Source of the DNA: Myxococcota bacterium
Lineage (GTDB): Bacteria > Myxococcota > JAJVIH01
DNA: 64,000 nt
Reading direction: 5' to 3'
Assembly (NCBI GenBank): GCA_022072125.1
Contig: JAJVIH010000021.1
Coordinates: 700 to 64,699 of the forward strand
The position numbers and the translations under genes are program-made. The notes below the pieces were generated by a model that made no database searches, was not told the origin of the DNA, and worked only from the letters and a program-made list of their open reading frames with translations. Shown here in pieces: positions 56,741 to 64,000 of the stretch (the first letter of the stretch is position 1; the number at the start of each line of letters is the position of its first letter).

Positions 56741-56932
56741 CCGGTGTCCGCAAGCCGCGGCGCCTGGCTGTTTCTTCCGCGAACACCTGTGCGCCTGGCG
56801 ACGCCGGGGTTCATATTTCCCGCCGTCTCGCAGGCGGTAAACGCCTTGCCCTTCATCAAAGGGTGGTTAGATTCCGTCCGAACCGGGGTCTGGAACGTCC
56901 AGATCCTCTAAAAGCATTGAGTCAGAATCACC

Positions 56933-57607
56933 ATGAGCACCACCCAGGAAAATCATCCCGATTTCACCGTTCAGCCGGTAGATTCCGGCGAGTCTGGAGC
57001 GGCGGCGAATCCGCTTCCTCCTTCCGCTGAAGCCAGGGGCAAGGATGAAGGCCCCGGGTTTGTGGTCAAGGAGCGCCGGTTTTGGTCCGATGACACCCCG
57101 GCCTCCGAGACCATCGAGACCAAAACCGCCTATGTGAAGGAACTGGAGAAGAAGATTGCGGAGATGGAAGAGAAGGTTCAGCAGACTCTGACCGCCTACC
57201 GCAACATGCAGCAAAGCCAGGACGCCTTCCGCGAAAGGCTCCGCCGGGATCAGGACCAGCAGCTTCAGTCGCGGCTGGGCGGCATGCTGGAAAACCTGCT
57301 TCCCGTGCTGGACAATTTTGATCGCACCATCGAGGCGGGGGAGAAAAACACCCAGGCCAACGCCCTCCTGGATGGGGTCAAACTGGTGCGCGCGCAGTTT
57401 GAACAGGTTCTCCGGAGCCTCGGGGTGGAGCGGATTGAAGCCGCGGGCTCTCCGTTCAATCCCGCCGAACATGAAGCCATTTCCACGGCTCCCGCGCCAA
57501 CGCCTGAACAGGATGGTCAGGTGCTCTATCAGGCCCGTGCGGGATACCGGTTTGGCCAGCGCCTTCTGCGGCCGGCGCAGGTGGTGGTGGCGCGGAGTTC
57601 ATCGTGA
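56933..57607 (+). CDS. grpE: Nucleotide exchange factor GrpE
   Basis: [32 protein letters not shown]. Confidence 0.93.
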   Translation: MSTTQENHPDFTVQPVDSGESGAAANPLPPSAEARGKDEGPGFVVKERRFWSDDTPASETIETKTAYVKELEKKIAEMEEKVQQTLTAYRNMQQSQDAFRERLRRDQDQQLQSRLGGMLENLLPVLDNFDRTIEAGEKNTQANALLDGVKLVRAQFEQVLRSLGVERIEAAGSPFNPAEHEAISTAPAPTPEQDGQVLYQARAGYRFGQRLLRPAQVVVARSSS

Positions 57608-58725
57608 GCAAGCGCGATTATTACGAGGTGCTGGGCGTCGCGCGCGACGCGAGTCCGCAGGAACTCAAGAAAGCCTATCGCCAACTGGCGATGAAGCTGC
57701 ATCCGGACAAAAATCCGGGCGACAAGCAGGCCGAGGAAAAATTCAAGGAAGCCGCCGAAGCCTATGAAGTCCTGAGCGATGAAAACAAGCGGCGCATGTA
57801 TGACCAGTTTGGTCACGAAGGTTTGCGCGGCGCGACCGGTCCCGGGGCGGGCGGATTTCATCACCAGGGCGGGTTCCGCGACATCAACGATATCTTCTCG
57901 GCGTTCAGCGATATCTTTGGGGATTTCGGCGGCGGGTTTGGCGGGCGGAACCGCCGCGGGCCCATGCGCGGCGACGACATCCAGATGGGGCTGGAGGTTT
58001 CCTTCAAGGATTCAATCCTCGGCGCGTCCTATCCGCTGAACCTGAAGCACCACAAAACCTGCGAGTCCTGCAAGGGGTCCGGCGCCGCGAAAGGAAGTTC
58101 GCCCATCACCTGTAACCGCTGCGGCGGACGCGGCCAGGTGACCATGGCCAAGGGCATCATCATGTTCTCCACCACGTGTCCGGACTGCCGTGGCGCGGGC
58201 AAAACGGTGAAGGACAAATGCCCGGATTGCCATGGCGCCGGGATTGTTCCCGAGACCGTCAAGTTGGACTTGAAAATTCCTCCCGGGATTGAAGACGGCA
58301 TGAGCCTGCGCATTGGCGGCAAGGGCGAGCCCAGCCGCAACGGCGGCGAGCCAGGCGACCTGTACGTGGTGATCCACGTCCGCCCCGACGAACATTTCGA
58401 GCGCCATGGCAATGATCTTCATTGCGAGGTGCCGATCAGCTTCACCCAGGCCGCGCTGGGCGCAACCGTCAAACTGCACCTGATTGACGGCGCGGAACAG
58501 GAACTGGAGATTCCCGCCGGGGTCCAGCCCGGAGAGACCATCAAGGTGAGGGACAAGGGGGTGGAAGACCTTCGTGGACGGCGCAAGGGGGATTTGATAT
58601 GTCATATCGCGGTCAAAATCCCCAAGAAGCTCACGGGCAAGCAGAAGGAACTGCTCCGCCAATTCGCCGAAGAGACCGGTGAAAACGGCGCCCGCAAGAG
58701 CTTTTTTGAACGGTTGATGGGTTGA
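57604..58725 (+). CDS. dnaJ: Chaperone DnaJ
   Basis: J-domain with HPD, G/F region, four CxxCxGxG-type repeats. Confidence 0.97.
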   Translation: MSKRDYYEVLGVARDASPQELKKAYRQLAMKLHPDKNPGDKQAEEKFKEAAEAYEVLSDENKRRMYDQFGHEGLRGATGPGAGGFHHQGGFRDINDIFSAFSDIFGDFGGGFGGRNRRGPMRGDDIQMGLEVSFKDSILGASYPLNLKHHKTCESCKGSGAAKGSSPITCNRCGGRGQVTMAKGIIMFSTTCPDCRGAGKTVKDKCPDCHGAGIVPETVKLDLKIPPGIEDGMSLRIGGKGEPSRNGGEPGDLYVVIHVRPDEHFERHGNDLHCEVPISFTQAALGATVKLHLIDGAEQELEIPAGVQPGETIKVRDKGVEDLRGRRKGDLICHIAVKIPKKLTGKQKELLRQFAEETGENGARKSFFERLMG

Positions 58726-59153
58726 TGCGCTGCTTTCAGATCATATTCGCCGCCGTATTGCTGCTGGGATGCGGGGGAGGCGTCAGTTCCCTTGGCGCGC
58801 CGTTGGGCAGCGCCTGCAACTGGAACGTGGATTGCGCGGTGGGGCTGACCTGCTACACCGGCCCCGATTTTCCCGGCGGTTACTGCGCCCGCCTGTGCGA
58901 AAAGGGCAATTGCCCGGACAACGGCGTTTGCACATCCGTCAACCTTTGCATGAAGGGCTGCGAGGACGACTCCAGTTGCAAGTCGGGTGAAAACCGCTGC
59001 CTCGCCACGCTCGATGGCAAGATGGTCTGCGCTTCTCCGAAGAGCCGGTCTCCCGTGTTTGTGGCGCCAGGGAACGGCGAGGATGACGCCGGCGGACAGG
59101 ATGACGATCGTTCCGCCACCGGAACGGATGCGTCCAGGCCAGACGCGAGATGA
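58722..59153 (+). CDS. Small Cys-rich lipoprotein
   Basis: Lipobox LLGC; about ten Cys in myxobacterial-style repeats. Confidence 0.65.
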   Translation: MMRCFQIIFAAVLLLGCGGGVSSLGAPLGSACNWNVDCAVGLTCYTGPDFPGGYCARLCEKGNCPDNGVCTSVNLCMKGCEDDSSCKSGENRCLATLDGKMVCASPKSRSPVFVAPGNGEDDAGGQDDDRSATGTDASRPDAR

Positions 59154-60160
59154 CTGCCGCGGCGGCCACGGCTGAATCCCTCAACCGGCCGGTCTGGGAT
59201 GGCGTTCGCGGCGGCTGGTACGAAGTCTATTACCTCAAGTTCAACCTGCCGTCCGAACAGCGGGCCTTCTGGATCCGTTACACCATGACCGCACCCGTTG
59301 GCGAAGGCGCGGTTCCGCGCGGGGAGTTGTGGGCCATCGCATTTGACGAGGCCGGAGGCAAGCACAGGGCGTGGAAACAGGGGTTTGAACCCGGCCGGTT
59401 TTCGTTCACCGGATCAGGAGTCCGCATTGGGGATGCGGCGTTCAATCACCATGGCGCACGTGGCATGGTGGGCGGACCAGATGGATTATCCTGGAATCTG
59501 GTATTCGAGGAAGGCCTGCCGGCGTTCAGCCATTTTCCGCATGACTGGATGTACAGCGCGCCGCTTCCCAAAACCAAGGTGGTCGCGCCTCATCTGTCCA
59601 TGAAGTTGTCCGGACATGTGGTGGTGGAGGGAACCCGGTTGCAGTTCGCCCGCATCCCCGGGCACCAGGCGCATATCTGGGGGACCAAACACGCCCAGCG
59701 CTGGGCGTGGGCCAATTGCAACCAGTGGGAAGGCGGTGAAAACGCCGCGCTGGAATTGCTGACCGCCCAGGTGAAGGTGGGAAAATGGCTGACCCCGCCG
59801 CTGACGGTCGCCGCTCTGCTGACCCCCGAACGGCGGCTGGCGTTCAACCGGCTGTCTCAATGGCGAAGCAACCAGTCAGAATATGGTTTGGAACGCTGGC
59901 GCTTGCAGGCGGAGGATGGAGAGCACCGCCTGACATCCGCCATCACCTGCAAACCGGAATGGATGGCGGGCGTGCGCTATGAAGACCCGGATGGCGAACC
60001 GCGGATCTGCCACAATTCCAAAATCGCGGATTGCGAAGTGGTGCTGGAGCGGAAAACCGGCGCCGCATGGCAGGAAATCCAGCGCTTGCGCGCCACCCGC
60101 ACCGCTGCTTACGAAGTGGTGGAGCCCCAGGCGGACCCGCGTGTTTCCGTGCTGATTTGA
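59150..60160 (+). CDS. Tocopherol-cyclase/AttH-like beta-barrel protein
   Basis: WYEVYY, FWIRYT, GHQAHIWG.KHA..W.W. Confidence 0.55.
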   Translation: MTAAAATAESLNRPVWDGVRGGWYEVYYLKFNLPSEQRAFWIRYTMTAPVGEGAVPRGELWAIAFDEAGGKHRAWKQGFEPGRFSFTGSGVRIGDAAFNHHGARGMVGGPDGLSWNLVFEEGLPAFSHFPHDWMYSAPLPKTKVVAPHLSMKLSGHVVVEGTRLQFARIPGHQAHIWGTKHAQRWAWANCNQWEGGENAALELLTAQVKVGKWLTPPLTVAALLTPERRLAFNRLSQWRSNQSEYGLERWRLQAEDGEHRLTSAITCKPEWMAGVRYEDPDGEPRICHNSKIADCEVVLERKTGAAWQEIQRLRATRTAAYEVVEPQADPRVSVLI

Positions 60161-60187
60161 TGGGGGAGCGGGAAGGAACTTCCAACG

Positions 60188-60745
60188 ATGAAATGGTCTC
60201 TTTTTCCAGTGCTTGTTCTGGCGATTGTGGCGTGGACAGCGGCCTGCGAGGACAAAAACCTCAGTTCCAACCCCGCTCCGGGCGGCGCCCCGCCGGTCGT
60301 GATTCCGCCTTCCGCGCCCGCTTTGCCGCCCGGCCATCCGCCGATAGATGGTCCTCGCGGTGGTGCGGCGGCGCCGCCTTCCGTCCATGCCCCAGTGGCG
60401 CCCCGTCAACGGGTGGTGAAGGTGGACCCGGCGATCATCGCCCAGTACAAGACCGCGCGGATTGAAGTTAGCAGCAAGACCGGGGAAGCGCCGTCCATGA
60501 CGGAGATTCCCGTCGCTGGGGGCGAAGGCAAACTTCCCGATGGTTCGGTGGTCAGGTTGCTGGCTTTCACGCCGGATTTCATCATGGATGGCGATGTCAT
60601 CTCGACCAAAGGGAAGGAACTGGGCAACGCCGGGGTGCAGGTCGAAATCAACGGCGCCCGCTTGTGGATATTCAAGGATTTCGTGATGCCGCCCAGCTAT
60701 AGCCACCCCAAATACAATTTCCGCCTCGCCGGCGTGGAGAAATAA
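60188..60745 (+). CDS. Pro-rich lipoprotein (DUF2155-like)
   Basis: Signal peptide ending TAAC, LPPGHPP, C-terminal W.FKDF...SHPKY. Confidence 0.6.
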   Translation: MKWSLFPVLVLAIVAWTAACEDKNLSSNPAPGGAPPVVIPPSAPALPPGHPPIDGPRGGAAAPPSVHAPVAPRQRVVKVDPAIIAQYKTARIEVSSKTGEAPSMTEIPVAGGEGKLPDGSVVRLLAFTPDFIMDGDVISTKGKELGNAGVQVEINGARLWIFKDFVMPPSYSHPKYNFRLAGVEK

Positions 60746-60884
60746 AGGCGTCCGGGATGGTGGGGGAATGAACCGGAGTCACCCCCGCCGGGGCGAAGCC
60801 TGATCGCGCAAGGCAATGAACAATCACGGCGGAACTTGGCGGCGCAGGGGGGGACGCCTCGCCGGGGAAAGCGTTGGATACAGA

Positions 60885-61184
60885 CTACTGGAACAACTGC
60901 GGGTCTATGTTGATCCGGATTCCCATGATGCGGGTCAACAGCAGATAGGCCAGCATGGCGGCGAAAATCACCGCGGCGAAGCCGGTGATCGCCAGGCCGC
61001 TGGCGAGAATCAGCCCGGCGGCGGTGAAGAGTCCGAGCACCGGTTGCAGGGCATGGGGGGTCTGCTGCACCAGGGCGGGGCGTCCCAAGGCGGTCTGTTC
61101 GCTGGCTTTCCAGCGGTAACGCAGTTCTTCCAGTCCGCGTCCGAGCAATTCCTTCAGGCTATCCGAAGTGATGTCAATGGCCAT
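60885..61184 (-). CDS. Small membrane protein
   Basis: 99 aa with a long hydrophobic hairpin. Confidence 0.6.
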   Translation of the reverse strand: MAIDITSDSLKELLGRGLEELRYRWKASEQTALGRPALVQQTPHALQPVLGLFTAAGLILASGLAITGFAAVIFAAMLAYLLLTRIMGIRINIDPQLFQ

Positions 61185-61217
61185 GGCCGCCTCCGCGATG
61201 AATGGACTCTGATCCGG

Positions 61218-62711
<1,494 letters not shown>

Positions 62712-62820
62712 TCATGCGGAATACTATCCGCAAGCCCGTCTCCGCGACAAGAGCACGTGAGGGTGGGGCGCGGAGGATGCGCCGGATGGCGGGCGCCGCT
62801 CCGGAGGAGGCCCCGCCGGA

Positions 62821-64000
62821 TCACATCACAGGGAACGGCGAGGTCTGGAGCCACTCTTCCAGGGATTCGCGGGCGCGGCGGGCGATGAAGGATTTCCGTT
62901 CGGATTTATGAATGTCCGCCGGCGGCGCGGGAAACAGGCCGGCGTGGATATTCATGGGATCAAACGGGCGGTTGGAGGCCCCCTCGCGCAAATACCTGCA
63001 AAGCGCCCCCAGGGCGGTTTCCGGCGGCGGAGGCGGCAGGTTCTTTCCGGACAATCGAGCCGCGGCGAACAACCCCGCCAGCAATCCGATCGCCGATGAT
63101 TCCGTATACCCCTCGACGCCGGTGATCTGCCCCGCCAGACGGATCCACGGCGCGGCCTTGAGTTCCAGGGTGGGACCCAGCAGGCGCGGGCTGTCGAGAT
63201 AGGTATTGCGGTGGATGGATCCAAAACGCAGAAACTCCGCGTTTTCCAGCCCCGGAACCATGCGGAAGATGCGGGACTGTTCGGGCCAGGCCAGGCGGGT
63301 CTGGAACCCCACCAGGTTGAAGGAGGTTCCCTCGCGGTTTTCGCGGCGGAGTTGAACCACGGCGTGGGGGCGGCGTCCGGTGCGCGGGTCAATCAGCCCC
63401 ACTGGTTTCATGGGACCGAAGGCGAGGGTGCGTTCGCCGCGTTCCGCCATGACCTCGATGGGAAGGCAACCCTCGAAATATTTCGCATCCTCGAACTCGC
63501 GCGGCGTCACCTTGCGGGCGGCCAGCAGTTCCCGGACAAACGCCTCGTATTCCTCGCGGCTGAGGGGGCAGTTCAGGTAGTCGCCTTGCTCTTCACTGCC
63601 TTTGTCATAGCGGGATGCGGTGAACGCGATATCCCGGTTGATGCTGCCGGCGTCCACGATGGGGGCGATGGAATCGTAAAAATACAACCGGGTTTCGCCG
63701 ATGCGCTCCGCCAGCGCGCGGGCGAGGGCGTCCGAGGTCAGGGGACCCGTGGCGATGATGGCCAGTCCCTCGCTTTCTTGCGGCAGGGCGGCGGCTTCCG
63801 CGCGCTCGACGGCGACCTGAGGCTGGGCTGTCAGGCGATCCGTGATGAACGCGCTGAAGCGGTCGCGATCCACCGCCAGGGCCTGGCCCGCCGCCACGGC
63901 GGATTCATCGGCCGCGGCGATGATCAGGCTGCCCAGGCGGCGCATTTCGTCCTTGAGCAGGCCCGGCATGCTTTCCGGGTCCTTGGATTTCAGGGAATTG
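62821..64000 (-). CDS. trmFO: tRNA (uracil-54) methyltransferase TrmFO/Gid, 5' end outside the window
   Basis: ALAVDR, IATGPLTS, YFYDSIAP, YLNCP, FGPMKPVGL, NLVGFQTRL, AGQITGVEGY. Confidence 0.95.
   Translation of the reverse strand, partial: NSLKSKDPESMPGLLKDEMRRLGSLIIAAADESAVAAGQALAVDRDRFSAFITDRLTAQPQVAVERAEAAALPQESEGLAIIATGPLTSDALARALAERIGETRLYFYDSIAPIVDAGSINRDIAFTASRYDKGSEEQGDYLNCPLSREEYEAFVRELLAARKVTPREFEDAKYFEGCLPIEVMAERGERTLAFGPMKPVGLIDPRTGRRPHAVVQLRRENREGTSFNLVGFQTRLAWPEQSRIFRMVPGLENAEFLRFGSIHRNTYLDSPRLLGPTLELKAAPWIRLAGQITGVEGYTESSAIGLLAGLFAAARLSGKNLPPPPPETALGALCRYLREGASNRPFDPMNIHAGLFPAPPADIHKSERKSFIARRARESLEEWLQTSPFPVM

Noticed and set aside
56933-58725. grpE-dnaJ without dnaK
   Set aside because: Split chaperone operons are common, and dnaK is probably elsewhere in the genome.
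60755-60870. GC-rich hairpins with GNRA-like loops, considered as a riboswitch or ncRNA
   Set aside because: They lie between convergent genes and lack TPP, SRP or c-di-GMP consensus motifs; more likely terminator hairpins.

Overview
GC-rich bacterial chromosomal window, probably from a Myxococcota/deltaproteobacterial-like organism (inferred from the Cys-rich lipoproteins and gene content). The first ~19.5 kb is a defence island. (1) A type I-E CRISPR array runs off the left edge (7 repeats visible). Its minus-strand operon is cas8e-cse2-cas7-cas5-cas6e-cas1-cas2, there is no cas3, and Cas5 carries a C-terminal HNH nuclease (HNH-Cascade). (2) Divergently transcribed is a type III-D effector operon: Card1/Can2-like CARF nuclease, HD-less Cas10, Cas7, Csx10-Cas11 fusion, Cas7x2, Csx19, TIGR03986-type Cas7 and a CARF-HEPN RNase. 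It has no array, cas6 or cas1/2 of its own in the window. (3) An AT-rich stand-alone Ser/Thr kinase is flanked by relics of a type III restriction Res gene and of a mobile-element gene. The rest is an Arn-like amino-sugar surface-modification cassette, lysine catabolism (lat + ALDH), ampG, a large Ig-repeat lipoprotein, an XRE-S24 repressor, an uncharacterised ATP-grasp/hydrolase operon, a small Tat-signal ORF ahead of tldD/tldE, and housekeeping genes (rpmB, corA, gltX, aspS, proC, aceBA, grpE-dnaJ, thiC, partial trmFO). The best candidate novel system is the back-to-back Cas3-less HNH-Cascade plus array-less III-D module, which may share one array and one Cas6e. All family calls come from motif recognition; no database searches were run.
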